A DNA stretch of 64,000 bases from Mobula hypostoma (taxonomy: Eukaryota): the NCBI RefSeq assembly GCF_963921235.1, contig NC_086097.1:255566001-255630000 (forward strand), read 5' to 3'. Position numbers and translations under genes: made by a program. Positions within the stretch are counted from its first letter, which is position 1. Each line of letters opens with the position of its first letter. The notes beneath the pieces were generated by a model. The model did not search any database and was not told the origin of the DNA. It saw only the letters and a list, made by a program, of their open reading frames with translations. Of the stretch, positions 12,508 to 25,049 are shown piece by piece.

Positions 12508-13367
12508 TGTGATGAGAATACACATAAAATTAAGATGTTTGCTGGCCTGGGTTAGCATCAGTGACATCAGCAAGTGGTCTGCCACCTGCCCTCAGGGGAA
12601 GGAGAGATAAGGAACAATGGAGCAGCGTCTGGAGATGTGTAATGAAGGGACGGGGGAGAGAGAGCTGTCTGGAGCGGCTCCCCCTTTGAACCTTGAACTG
12701 TTTGAAGTGATGGACAGACGATACCCCAGCAGGGGGATAAAAAGGGACCGGTTCGCTAAGGCAGGACACACGCCACCCGAGGTAACGAGACCCTGGAAGC
12801 GGTACGCCTCTCACGAGTTGGTGGGAAGTACCAGACAACGGCCAGGGTGGAAAGGTACGATCAGCGGGAACCCGGTGTGTGTCCGCCCTTGCCTGGGTGC
12901 CGGGTTCACTGCAGAGGATCGACCGCATCTGGAGGAGGGGTCATAGTCGGTGACCTCAGGTGACATCACCAAGGACCTGCCCAAAAGCTGCTTGTGAGCC
13001 ATATCGTCAGTCTGTGAGTGAAGCCGTGTCTGAATGATCAGTTGTTCCTGTTCTCTCTCTCTCTTCCCCCACGTTGTCCATCGCCATGGCAACGATTACT
13101 GCGAACTGAACTACTAAACTGGACTGAACTTTGAGTCACTTTGAAATTTGGTCATTTACCCCTAGACAACGATAGAGCTTGATTGATGCTGTTATCTTAA
13201 TTCTGTGCACATGTGTGTTTATCATCGCTGAACTGTTGCATTTATTATCCTTTCGATTACTGTGTTGCTTGTTTCTTTAATAAAACTTTCTTAGTTCTAG
13301 TAATCCAGACTCCAACTGAGTGATCCATTTCTGCTGGTTTGGCAACCCAGTTACAGGGTACGTAACA
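12508..13367 (+). mobile_element. Solo LTR (860 bp), probably Gypsy class
   Basis: TG...CA termini, 4-bp TSD GTAT (12504-12507 and 13368-13371), AATAAA near 13280. Splits a CR1 RT between FANDTKICRGSGS and the next codons. Paralogous to 47111-47994. Confidence 0.9.
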
Positions 13368-13818
13368 GTATTCAGAAAACAGAAAGCCTGCAGAGAGACT
13401 CAGATAGTTTAGGGGAATGGGCAAAGAAGTAACAAATGAAATACAATGTTGGAAAGTGTATGGTCATGCACTTTGGTGGAAGAAATAAACAAGCAGACTA
13501 TTATTTAGATGGAGAGAGAATTCAAAATGCAGAGATGCAAAGGGACTTGAGAGCTCTTGTGCAGGATACCCTAAAGGTTAACCTCCAAGTTGAGTCTGTG
13601 GCGAAGATGGTAAATGCAATGTTGGCATTCATTTCTAGAGGTTATGGAATACAAGCACAGGGATGTGATGTTGAGGCTCTATAAGGCACTCATGAGACCA
13701 CACTTGGTGTATTGTGAGCAGTTTTAGGCTCCTTATTTTAGAAAGGATACACTGACATCGGAGAGGGTTCAGAGAAGATTCACGAGAATGATTCCAGGAA
13801 TGAAAGGGTTACCATATG

Positions 13819-14447
13819 AGTACAGGAGCAGGGAGGTACTACTGCAGTTGTACAGGGTCTTGGTGAGACCACACCTGGAGTATTGTGTGCAGTTTTGGTC
13901 CCCTAATCTGAGGAAAGACATCCTTGCCATAGAGGGAGTACAAAGAAGGTTCACCAGATTGATTCCTGGGATGGCAGGACTTTCATATGATGAAAGACTG
14001 GATTAACTAGGCTTATACTCGTTGGAATTTAGAAGATTGAGGGGGGGGAATCTCATTGAAACGTATAAAATCCTAAAGGGATTGGACAGGCTAGATGCAG
14101 GAAGATTGTTTCCGATGGTGGGGAAGTCCAGAACGAGGGGTCACAGTTTGAGGATAAAGGGGAAGCCTTTTAGGACCGAGATTAGGAAAAACTTCTTCAC
14201 ACAGAGAGTGGTGAATCTGTGGAATTCTCTGCCACAGGAAACAGTTGAGGCCAGTCCATTGGCTATATTTAAGAGGGAGTTAGATATGGCCCTTGTGGCT
14301 AAAAGGATCAGGGGGTATGGGGGGGGCGGGGGGAAGGCTGGTACAGGGTTCTGAGTTGGATGATCAGCCATGATCATACTGAATGGCAGTGCAGGCTCGA
14401 AGGGCCAAATGGCCTACTCTTGCACCTATTTTCTATGTTTTCTATGA
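13819..14447 (+). mobile_element. 5'-truncated young CR1 nested in a CR1; same subfamily as 62283-64000 and 24395-24556
   Basis: EYRSREVLLQLY..LVRPHLEYCVQFWSPNLRKDI, tail TTTTCTATG. Host sequence resumes at ACGTCTG. Confidence 0.85.
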
Positions 14448-15394
14448 ACGTCTGTCAGCTCTTGGTCTGTACTCCCCGGAGTTCAGGAGAATGAGGGGGG
14501 GATCTCAAAGTTAAAAGGACTGAACAGATTAGATATGGTAAAGTTATTTCCCATGGTAGGGGAGTCTAGGACAAGAGGGCAAGACTTCAGGATTGAAGGA
14601 TGTCCATTTAGAACAGAGATGCAGAGAAATTACTTTAGCTAGAGGGTGGTAAATCTGTGGAATTTGTTGCCACAAGCTGCTGTGGAGGCCAAGTCATTGG
14701 GTGCATTAAAGGCAGAGATAGATAGGTTCTTGATTAGCCAGGGCATCAAAGGGTATGGAGAGAAGGTAGGGGAGTGGGGATGACTGGAAGAACTGGATCA
14801 GCCCATGATTGAAGGGCAGAATGGACTTGATAGGCTAAATGGCCTACTCCTGCTCCTCTATCTTATGGTCTTAAACTTATTTTTTCCCTCTTCCTCCTCT
14901 GGTATGAAGTTTTTCATTATAATTTTGTCTTTTAGTTACTAAAAGCTCCGCAATATTTTGTTTGAAAGAATATATTTTAAAGCAATTTGTTATATTTGAA
15001 ATCTTAGCCTGTAGGTGGCAAATTGGTACTATTTAAGGGAAAATTACAGGCAAGTGAAAAATCTCAATTTTGACATTGATGAGTTTAAATGAGGGGTGAA
15101 TCATCTTCTGAAGGTGTGCTGTAATAATGAAGCACTCTCAGTGACTGTTACAAATTGATTCAGCTGCTGTACCTGGCATCTTGATGTTGCTTTGAACCAG
15201 TAAAGCATTGAAGTCCATGGAAAGCACTTGCACAAATATATAGCTGCGGAAAAGCCCTACGGCTTAAATAAACTCTATCTGTGGCTCTTTTCTAGTCATC
15301 ATAATTTGATAGTTAAACCTATCGAATATCGAAAGGCCTAGACAGAGTGGATGTGGAGAGTAGTGGTACTCGATGGGCCGAGTGACCTGCTTCT

Positions 15395-17325
15395 AGAACA
15401 TAGAATAGTACAGCACAGTACAGGCCCTTCAGCCCACAATGTTGTGCCGACCCTCAAACCCTGCCTCCCATATAAGCCCCCACCTTAGATCCCTCCACAT
15501 ACCTGTCTAGTAGTCTCTTAAACTTCACAAGTGTATCTGCCTCCACCACTGACTCAGGCAGTGCATTCCACGCACCAACCACTCTGAGTAAAAAACCTTC
15601 CTCTAATATCCCCCTTGAACTTCCCACCCCTTACCTTAAAGCCATGTCCTCTTGTATTGAGCAGTGGTGCCCTGGGGAAGAGGCACTGGCTATCCACTCT
15701 ATCTATTCCTCTTATTATCTTATACACCTCTATCATGTCTCCTCTCATCCTCCTTCTCTCCAAAGAGTAAAGCCCTAGCTCCCTTAATCTCTGATCATAA
15801 TGCATACTCTCTAAACCAGGCAGCATCCTGGTAAATCTCCTCTGTACCCTTTCCAATACTTCCACATCCTTCCTATAGTGAGGTGACCAGAACTGGACAC
15901 AGAACTCCAAGTGTGGCCTAACCAGAGTCTTATAGAGTTGCATCATTACATCGCGACTCTTAAACTCTATCCCTCAACTTATGAAAGCTAACACCCCATA
16001 AGCATTCTTTAACTACCCTATCCACTTGTGAGGCAACTTTCAGGGATCTGTGGACATGTACCCCGAGATCCCTCTGCTCCTCCACACTACTAAGTATCCT
16101 GCCATTTACTTTGTACTCTGCCTTGGAGTTTGTCCTTCCAAAGTGTACCACCTCACACTTCTCCGGGTTGAACTCCATCTGCCACTTCTCAGCCCACTTC
16201 TGCATCCTATCAATGCCTCTCTGCAATCTTTGACAATCCTCTACACTATCTACAACACCACCAACCTTTGTGTCATCTGCAAACTTGCCAACCCACCCTT
16301 CTACCCCCACATCCAGGTCGTTAATAAATATCACGAAAAGTAGAGGTCCCAGAACAGATCCTTGTGGGACACCACTAGTCACAATCCTCCAATCTGAATG
16401 TACTCCCTCCACCACCACCCTCTGCCTTCTGCAGGCAAGCCAATTCTGAATCCACTTGGCCAAACTTCCCTGGATCCCATGCCTTCTAACTTTCTGAATA
16501 AGCCTACCGTGTGGAACCTTGTCAAATGTCTTACAACTGTCCTCCATATAGATCACATCCACTGCACTACCCTTATCTATATGCCTGGTCACCTCCTCAA
16601 AGAACTCTATCAGGCTTGTTAGACACGATCTGCCCTTCACAAAGCCATGCTGACTGTCCCTGATCAGACCATGATTCTCTAAATGCCTATCGATCCTATC
16701 TCTAAGAATCTTTTCCAACAGCTTTCCCACCACAGACGTAAGGCTCACTGGTCTATAACTACCCGGACTATCCCTACTACCTTTTTTGAACAAGGGAACA
16801 ACATTCGCCTCCCTCCAATCCTCCGGTACCATTCCCATGGACAACGAGGACATAAAGATCCTAGCCAGAGGCTCAGCAATCTCTTCTCTCGCCTTGTGAA
16901 GCAGCCTGGGGAATATTCTGTCAGGCCCCGGGGACTTATCTGTCCTAATGTATTTTAACAACTCCAACACCTCCTCTCCCTTAATATCAACATGCTTCAG
17001 AACATCAACCTCACTCATATTGTCCTCACCATCATCAAGTTCCCTCTCATTGGTGAATACCGAAGAGAAGTATTCATTGAGGACCTCGCTCACTTCCACA
17101 GCCTCCAGGCAATTCTTCCCACCTTTATCTCTAATCGGTCCTACCTTCACTCCTGTCATCCTTTTTTTCTTCTCATAATTTAAGAATGCCTTGGGGTTTT
17201 CCTTTACCCTACTCGCCAAGGCCTTCTCATGCCCCCTTCTTGCTCTTCTCAGCCCCTTCTTAAGCTCCTTTCTTGCTTCCCTATATCCCTCAATAGGCCC
17301 ATCTGATCCTTGCTTCCTAAACCTC
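15395..17325 (-). mobile_element. 5'-truncated CR1 with a nearly intact RT
   Basis: ORFs 15960..17219 (419 aa; YRPVSLTSVVGK, GVPQGSVLGP, FADD) and 15554..15946, separated by a frameshift. Tail CTATTCTATGTTCTA. Confidence 0.95.
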
Positions 17326-17344
17326 TGCTCCTATATCTTAAGGT

Positions 17345-20300
17345 TTTAACATACAAAAAACTGATGTGCAAAGGCACTTGGGAGTTCTTGTGCAGGATTC
17401 CCTAAAGGTTGATTTACAGAGGAAGGCAAATCCAATGTTAGCATTCCAGAAGACTAGAATGTAAAAGGATGTAACCTTGAGACTTTATACAGCACTGGTG
17501 AGGCCTCACTTGGAGCATGGTGAGCAGTTTTGGGCACTGTACCTCGGAAAGGAAGTGTTGAAACTGGAGAGGGCTCAAAGGAGCTTCAGCAAAATGATGC
17601 CAGGATTGAATAGCTCATCACATGACAACCATTTGATGGCTCTGGGCCTGTATTCACTAGAATTTAAAAAGAATGAAGGGTGACCTTGTTGAAGCCTATC
17701 AAATGGTGAAAGGCCTTGGTAGAGTGATGTGGGGAGGATGTTTCCTATGGCGGAAGAGTCAAAAACAAGAGGACACAGTCTCAGAATAGAGGGACATCCG
17801 TTTAGAACGACATTGAGGAATTTCTTTCGCCAGTATGGTGTATCCATGCAATTTTTTGCCATGGGCAGTTGTGGAGGCCATCTTTTAATTCTGCTCAGAT
17901 CTTATGGTCTAAATACACTAGATCGCCAGGAACCCCTTTATGAATGACAAATCTCAATTTGTCTGAAGGTGTGGCCAAACACTGTTTACATCAAATCATA
18001 ATGACGAGGTTTGATTTTCAGCTTTCTGAAATAACGTTTCATAATTGAATATTGATTGTAGTATCATGCCTACGAGGTGTTAAATTAGGTGGCCTATAGC
18101 TCCCCACCACTTGTCTTCCTTTCTAAACAAAGAAATCACACTGGCACTTCTCCAAACTCTTGATGCCTTCCCTAAATTTACCAAGTCCTGAAAATTTCCA
18201 CGAACAACCACAATTTCCTACAATTCCTTTGAAAGGTTTGGGCACAAGCCAAAGTGAGCCACCGTTCACACCGAGAGCATTTCTAATATTTTATCCCGGA
18301 TGACTGGTTTCCATCATCCAATGAACACAATGCAGCTGTTAACTGCACTGAAACAGCAGTACTGGAAGTGAATGAAAACCAAAACTAATACAAGATGTAA
18401 CTATATTTTTGGACTCCTGCGAAAAAAAAGGTTCATTTTCAATTTACTCACATTTCTGGAGTCTTTGACTTATTTTTCCCATTGAAGAATTCAGGCAAGG
18501 CACGGCGTTCAATCTCATGAATGCTGTAAAAGAGGGAATTCCCATTTTTACTTTGCCCTCCCAAATACATTTGATCCAATTACATTTATAAAGAGTAAAA
18601 GAGGTGAGAATATATACTGACAGTAGCCGTTGATTGTAGTACAGCGCAATCACAACAGAAGTGTTCCCGTACAGGTGTGGCATAGACTCACTGGTCTATA
18701 ATTTCCTGGGCTATCTCTACTCCCTTTCTTGAATAAGGGAACAATATCCGCAACCCTCCAATCCTCTGGAACCTCTCTCATCCCCATTGATGATACAAAG
18801 ATCATTGCCAGAGGATCAGAAATCTCCTCCCTTGCCTCCCACAGTAGCCTGGGGTATATCTCGTCCAGTCACAGCGATTTATCCAACTTGCTGCTTTCCA
18901 AAAGCTCCAGCACACCCTCTTTCTTAATGTCTCTACGCTTAAGCTTTTCAATCTGCTATAAATCATCCCTACAATTGCCAAGATCCTTTTCAGTAGAGAA
19001 TACTGAAGCAAAGTACTCATTAAGTACCTCTGCTATATCCTCTGGTTCCATACACACTTTTCCACTGTCACACTTGATTGATCCTATTCTCTCACATCTT
19101 ATCCTCTTGCACTTCACATACTTGTAGAATGCCTTGGGGTTTTCCTTAATCCTGCTCGCCAAGACCTTTTCATGCCCCCTTCTGGCTCTCCTAATTTCAT
19201 TCTTAAGCCCCTTCCTGCCACCCTTATAATCTTCCAGATCTCTATCATTACCTAGTTTTTTTTAAACCTTTCATAAGCTTTTCTTTTCTTCTTGACTAGA
19301 TTTTCAACAGCCTTTGTACACCACGGTTCCTGTACCCTATCATCCTTTCCGTCTCATTGGAACGTACCTATGCAGAACTCCACGCAAATATTCCCTGAAC
19401 ATTTGCCACATTTCTGCTATACGTTTCCCTGAGAACATCCGTTCCCAATTTATGCTTCCAAGTTCCTGCCTGATAGCCTCATATTTCCCCTTTCTCCTAT
19501 TAAACGCTGTCCTAACTTGGCTATCCCTCGCCAATGCTATGGTAAAGGAGATAAAATTGTGATCACTATCTCCAAAATGCTCTCCCACGGAGACCTGACA
19601 CCTGACCTGGTTCACTTCCCAATACAGTTCAAGCACAGCTTCTCCTCTTGTAGGCTTATCTACATATTGTGTCAGGAAACCTTCCTGAACACACCTAGCA
19701 ACCTCACCCCATCTAAACCCCTTGCTCTGGGGAGATGCAATATTGGGGTAATTAAATCTCCCATCACAACAACCCTGACATTGTGGGCATAGTTGAGTTG
19801 TGGCTGAAAGCAGGCCAGAGTTGGGAGCTTATCATCAAATGATATACCTTGTATCAAAAGGACAGGAAGGAAGGCACAGGCAGTGAAACACAGAAATTTA
19901 CATTAAAGGCCCTTCAGCCCACAATGTTGTACCATGTAAACTACTCTAGAAACTGTTTAGAATTTCCTTACCGCATAGCCCTCAATTTTTCTAAGCGCCA
20001 TGTACCTAACCTAACCTCAGATGTTGGGAAAGTTTTGAATCTATTATTCAGGATGAGGTTTCAGGAATCTTCAAGACTAACGATAAAAATAAGTCAAAGT
20101 CAGCATGATTTTTGTCAACTGACAAATCTGTGAAGAGTTCTTTGACAAAGTAACAAGCAGGATGGACAAAGAAGAAGCAGTGGATGTCATTTTCTCGGAT
20201 TTTCAGGAGTTATTTGGTAAGGTTTGGGTTAACATGCCACACACGAGACTGCTTAATAAAATCTCATGGCATTAGAGGAAAGGTACTGGCATGGATAGAG

Positions 20301-20800
20301 GAATGGCTGACAGGCAGGAGGCAACGTGGAAATAAAGATTTTCACCTTTAGTCTCACACAAATACCAGCATGCTTATCATTATTTTCTCATGCACCACTT
20401 TTGACTCTATCTTACCTGAGTGGCTGCAACTTTGTTCAGCCAATACACCACAAGCCTTCTTAACAATTTCCACGGCAATTTAGAGGGACTTATCTGGCCA
20501 CTACTCCTCTGGTAGATCTCCTTTAAACTTTCCCCCTGTCACTATGTATGCTGGATACAACTGAGGAAAAGGACTTCGACTATTCACCCTATCTTATAAA
20601 CATGTCAGCTTGCCCCTTGGTCTCTGACATTCCAGACGAAACAATCCAATTTTGTCCAATCTTTCCTCCTAGCTAATCTTCTAATCTAAACAACCACCTG
20701 ATGAACCTCCCCAATATCTTCCACAACCTTTCTGTAATGCAGCAATCAGAACTGCACAAAATACTCCACAAGTGCCCTAACCCAAAGTTTTATTTATACC
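17345..20800. mobile_element. Cluster of decayed CR1 fragments flanking the 72-nt exon (17345-17910 +, 18683-19790 -, 19790-20330 +, 20510-20790 -)
   Basis: CR1 EN/RT peptides: SDHNFISF, MASRIKENPKAFYKY, LVRPHLE. Confidence 0.75.
18452..18523 (-). CDS. SMARCC1: SMARCC1 coding exon (72 nt), (S)[23 protein letters not shown](I); SWIRM
   Basis: Acceptor tttacag|C, donor GAAAT|gtgagt, phase 2 to 2. Highly conserved [21 protein letters not shown] motif. Confidence 0.96.
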
Positions 20801-20829
20801 AATGAAGGCCAAATAATTTTGATATTTTA

Positions 20830-21097
20830 TTTATTTATTTTATTTAGAGATATAGCCCTTATTGCCCAATGAGCCACCTCACCCAGCACTCCACCAGTTT
20901 TGATCCTAACCTAATCATCGGACTGTTTACAGTGACCAATTAACCTGATTGGTATGTCTTTGGACTGTGGGAGGAAAGTGGAGCACCTGAAGGAAATCCA
21001 CATGCACACAGGAAGAATATAAAAGCTTTCTTACAAAGGATGCTGGAATTGATGCTGTAATAGCATTACATTAATAGCTATGCTACTGTGGCGCCCT
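20830..21097 (-). mobile_element. V-SINE (HE1-like tRNA-derived SINE), decayed
   Basis: Minus strand reads GGGCGCCACAGTAGCATAGC (A-box-like head) and GTGGATTTCCTTCAGGTGCTCCACTTTCCTCCCACAGTCCAAAGAC (V-domain core), with an A-rich tail. Confidence 0.7.
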
Positions 21098-21319
21098 ATC
21101 TGAATTTGCCATGTAGCTTTCTTTCATGCCAACTGACTCAGATAAGGGACCACTCTAACATAAGTACAGATAATCTCCCCTCCATCCCCCAGGAGATATG
21201 ATGTGCACAGTTACAGCAGGATTTATACATAGAAAAATGCTGCTTCCTGGTTAGTGGGGATGCATCAACAGCAAAATACTGGAGAATTTGTGGAAAAATA
21301 ATGGAGTTATTGAGTAGTC

Positions 21320-21765
21320 ATGGTCATAGTCTTAGTCATACTTTATTGATCCCGGGGGAAATTGGTTTTCGTTACAGTTGCACCATAAATAATAAATAGT
21401 AATAGAACCATAAATAGTTAAATAGTAATATGTAAATTATGCCGGTAAATTATGAAATAAGTCCAGGACCAGCCTATTGGCTCAGGGTGTCTGACCCTCC
21501 AAGGGAGGAGTTGTAAAGTTTAACGACCACAGGCAGGAATGACTTCCTATGACGCTCTGTGTTGCGTCTCGGTGGAATGAGTCTCTGGCTGAAAGTACTC
21601 CTGTGCCCACCCAGTACATTATGTAGTGGATGAGAGACATTGACCAAAATGGCATGCAACTTGGACAGCATCCTCTTTTCGGACACCGCCGTCAGAGAGT
21701 CCAGTTCCATCCCCACAACATCACTGGCCTTACGAATGAGTTTGTTGATTCTGTTGGTGTCTGCT
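21320..21765 (-). mobile_element. Rex1/Babar LINE 3' end
   Basis: ORF 21474..21833 has RINKLIRKASDVVG...SHPLH...RHRKSFLP. Tail AATAAAGTATGACTAAGACTATGAC. Confidence 0.85.
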
Positions 21766-21928
21766 AAGTAGGTGTGCTTATGAAGATTATGTGTTGAAAT
21801 AAGAGAAAGAGCCAGGCTAAGGGGAGCAAACAAGAAACAAGTTAATTGGAGCGATCAACTTCTACAGCAACATTTGGTTGTGATGGAAGAATACAGATTG
21901 ACGGGAAGTGAAAATATTTTTTCCTGAC

Positions 21929-22056
21929 CTGTTATAGTCAAACCACGCCGAGTAGCTGGGAATGATAATATGATGCGTCTGCTCAGTGACATTATCCTCT
22001 GCTTGGTCCACAGGACGAATCTGATCTGCTTTGGCACTGGCATTGTCCTCTTCCTC
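21929..22056 (-). CDS. SMARCC1: SMARCC1 coding exon (128 nt), [42 protein letters not shown](S); start of SWIRM domain
   Basis: Acceptor cactag|GAG, donor AACAG|gtcagg, phase 0 to 2. [20 protein letters not shown] is the SWIRM N-terminus. Confidence 0.95.
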
Positions 22057-22769
22057 CTAGTGACAATTGATGAATCACTACATTCAGTGTAATGTTAAGT
22101 CAGCAGTTTGCACTCTGTGCAGTGCAGGCGAAAGGTTGATCACAACATTCAATTGAGCACAAAAGACACATCTTGCTATGGTGATAATTAATCAAAGCAA
22201 CCGATGGACAAGTTTGAGGTGTTAAATACAAGACACAAAATTTTGAAGTTGGAACAGAAGGCAAAGAATAAAATTAACTGAAGTTGATGAAAGGACTAGG
22301 CTTTTCCTCACAAGATGGAAACTTTAAGGTGAGATGGTCTTTTAAGGTGAATACCAAACTAAAATCTTCCAGAAATCACATTCTGTAAATAATACACTTT
22401 AGAGCTATTTCCCAATTTCAGATCAGTTGAAATGTTCACTCTGCATTGTTTCAAAGGAAGCCCATCTACAGTATTCCCTTTTAGTTAAGGCAGCTGAAGG
22501 CCTCGCCCGATTGACAAATCTGAACATACCCAAAGAGAACCCAGTTGACAAAGACAAAGCCTACTGGAGAAGATGCCAGTGAATACCTGAAAAGCGCAGT
22601 CACAAACTCTTCTTGTTTATAGCCAACACTTCACCTTGAGTCATCAACAAAATTTGACCAGGTGCACCTTGCCCATTAACTGCTTGAGGCATGACTTTGT
22701 ATTTTTGAGTGCAGGCATCCTGGAAAGTGCACACTTCCTCCAAGCTGTGTTTGTTCTTTGTATATTTTA

Positions 22770-23505
22770 GGGTGTCTTTTTAGATCGGAGATAAGGAAGA
22801 ATTTCTTTAACCAAAGGGTGGTGAATTTGTAGAACTTTTTGCCGAAGGCAGCTATGGAGTTCAAATGTTATTTATATTTAAGGCAGAGATCAGGGCATCA
22901 ATGGAAATGGAGCTGGGGGGAGTGGTGGGGGTGGTGAGTAAGGCAAGTGGAGAAGGCAGGAGATTGGGGCTGAGAGGAAAATTGCATCAGTCATGATGCA
23001 ATGGCACAACAGTCCTGATGGACCAAATGACCCAACTCTGCTCCTAAATCTTATAAGACCAAAAGACATAGCAGAATTGGGCTATTCAGTCCATCGAGTC
23101 TGCTCCACCATTCCATCATGGCTGATTCACAGATCTCACTCAACCCCTACACCTACCTTCTCACTATCACTTTTGCTTTAAATATACCCAAGAACTTGGC
23201 TTACACCACAGTCTGTGGCAGAGCCTTCCTCCTCTCTGGTTAAAAAAATTCCTCCTTACTTCTGTTCTAAAGGGTGGCCCCTCAATTTTGAGGCTGTGCC
23301 CTCTAGTTACAGATACCGCCACCATAAGAAACATCCTCGCCACATCCACCCTATCTGTCCTTTCAACATCCGGTAGGTTTCAACGAGATTCTCCACGTCC
23401 TTCTATGTTAGTGAGTGCAGGCCCAAAGCTGTCAAACACTCTTCATATGTTAATCCCTTCATTCCCAGAATCATCCTTGTGAACCTCCTTGTGGTCTTAT
23501 GGTTT
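22770..23505. mobile_element. Two CR1 3' ends in opposite orientation, one inserted in the tail of the other
   Basis: Plus-strand 3' UTR ends CTAAATCTTA at about 23052. A minus-strand copy (TRGHSLKIEG) follows, and the tail resumes as GTCTTATGG near 23495. Confidence 0.7.
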
Positions 23506-24212
23506 TAAGAGTAGGGAGATAAAAGCTAAAGCGAAAGCACATGTCCACAGCTTGATGCACATTGACTGCCATCGGAACAGATCTGAACCATCACTGCTTC
23601 TGGCAGGTTAATAATTTAACCTAGAGGCTGGGAAATCTGCAAGCTGAAGGAAAATTTCAGGAGGCAGTAATGTTACATGCCCAGATAGGAAACTAATTTA
23701 TATTGGAGTAGATTGCTACAACTTTGTAAAGCAGCTACATCGTCAACTGCCAAGGCCATGTGTCAATTTAGATTTGGTCAATATTCAAGGGACATGAAAT
23801 TAACCACTGGTCCCAAACTGTAGTCACTGGATTTTATTTACTAGAACTAAACACCTCTGATATAGTCCTATTTCCCCTTTACAACCTGCAAACCAAAGGA
23901 ATTACACAAACAGACTTTGACTTGCATTGAGAACACAGCAAGCCATTACAGCTGGCTAAACCAGAGACAAAGACCATAAGACACAAGAGCAGAATTAGGC
24001 CATTCAGCCCATCAAGTCTGCTCCACCATTCCATCATGGCTGATTGTGGATCCCACTCAACTCCAACCAGAACCTCCCACAAACAGTATTCGTCATGTTG
24101 CTAATATAGAACTAACAGAAAAACAGCTTTCTGAAGCATGAAAAAAGATTTTTTTTTTTTTAGTTACTATTTCCCCATCAGGTGAACAAAATCAGTTTTA
24201 CAAGTTTATTAC

Positions 24213-24250
24213 CTTCCCTCCTGCAGATGACGGCTCATCTTCTTGCTCAT
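24213..24250 (-). CDS. SMARCC1: SMARCC1 coding exon (38 nt), (D)EQEDEPSSAGGK
   Basis: Acceptor tattgtag|AT, donor AAG|gtaata, phase 1 to 0. Exactly bridges the frames of the flanking exons and matches DEQ.E....AGGK. Confidence 0.88.
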
Positions 24251-24569
24251 CTACAATACAAGAAATAGTTTAGTCTGTATGGCTGCAACAGAGGCACACA
24301 AACAGGCCTACTGAAATATGTTTTTACAAACAACCAAGGTTAACCATTAATCTTATTTAATGACCACTATTTACTGTCTAACAGTATACTGTTATATAGA
24401 AACATAGAAAATAGGTGCAGGAGTAGGCCATTCAGCCCTTCGAGCCTGCATCGCCATTTATTATGATCATGGCTGATCATCCAACTCAGAACCCCGCCCC
24501 AGCCTTCCCTCCATACCCCCTGATCCCCGTAGCCACAAGGGCCATATCCAACTCCTAATACTAATTAAA

Positions 24570-24822
24570 TGGTTGTATTATCAGCATCGGACTTCGGGAC
24601 AAAAGGTCCCAGGTTCGAATCCAGCCGGCCGGCTCCCCTGCACACTTTCCACCCGTGCTGGGTTACGAGATGGTGATTGCTTTGGAAACTCACCCGGCAG
24701 AAGGCAATGGTAAACCACTGCTGTAACTTGCCTCGTACGCGATTCCCCTCTATGTCAAAGAGGTGTAGAGGGAAATCATCTGCTAACCGGAGAAACTCGG
24801 GATGCGACGTCCCTTTCCTTTT
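24570..24822 (+). mobile_element. tRNA-Arg-derived SINE with an RTE-like segment
   Basis: GCATCGGACTTCGGGACAAAAGGTCCCAGGTTCGAATCC (TCG anticodon-like loop, perfect B box). GAAGGCAATGGTAAACCACTG resembles the RTE/BovA motif. Confidence 0.6.
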
Positions 24823-25049
24823 CGTTATTTGATATCTAAAATCACTAGTCTTTAAGGGATTCACCCCGATCCAGTGATTGCTGATCACAGTGTGCACCCA
24901 AGGCAGCAGAATCAGGTTTCATATATCAACATCACATGTTGTGAAATTTGTTGATAACAGAAGTGATGATAGATAAAACAATGAGTTACATTTAAATATT
25001 TGTTAAATTAAATAAGTAGTGCAACATAAAAATAAAAAGTAGTCAGGTA

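Larger units (their letters stand above)
10470..14875 (+). mobile_element. Mosaic CR1 (ORF1 SGNH esterase, endonuclease start, deleted middle, RT end, 3' tail) hosting three later insertions
   Basis: ORF 10659..11027 has LVHIGTNDIG; EN start LKVLYLNARSIRNK; VYRPPNS and IIIGDFN; 3' tail TCTTATGGTCTTA near 14870. Confidence 0.85.

Noticed and set aside
12530..13092. Overlapping 93-132 aa ORFs, repeated at 47069-47782, as a duplicated protein gene
   Set aside because: They lie inside solo LTRs, their frames differ between the two copies, and no domain is recognisable.
16050..17183. Ser/Leu/Pro-rich plus-strand ORFs, also at 43673-45155 and 62648-63463
   Set aside because: Antisense shadows of CR1 RT coding sequence.
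24570..24630. Possible tRNA-Arg gene
   Set aside because: The A box and D arm are degenerate, there is no acceptor stem pairing, and it runs on into a SINE-like body.
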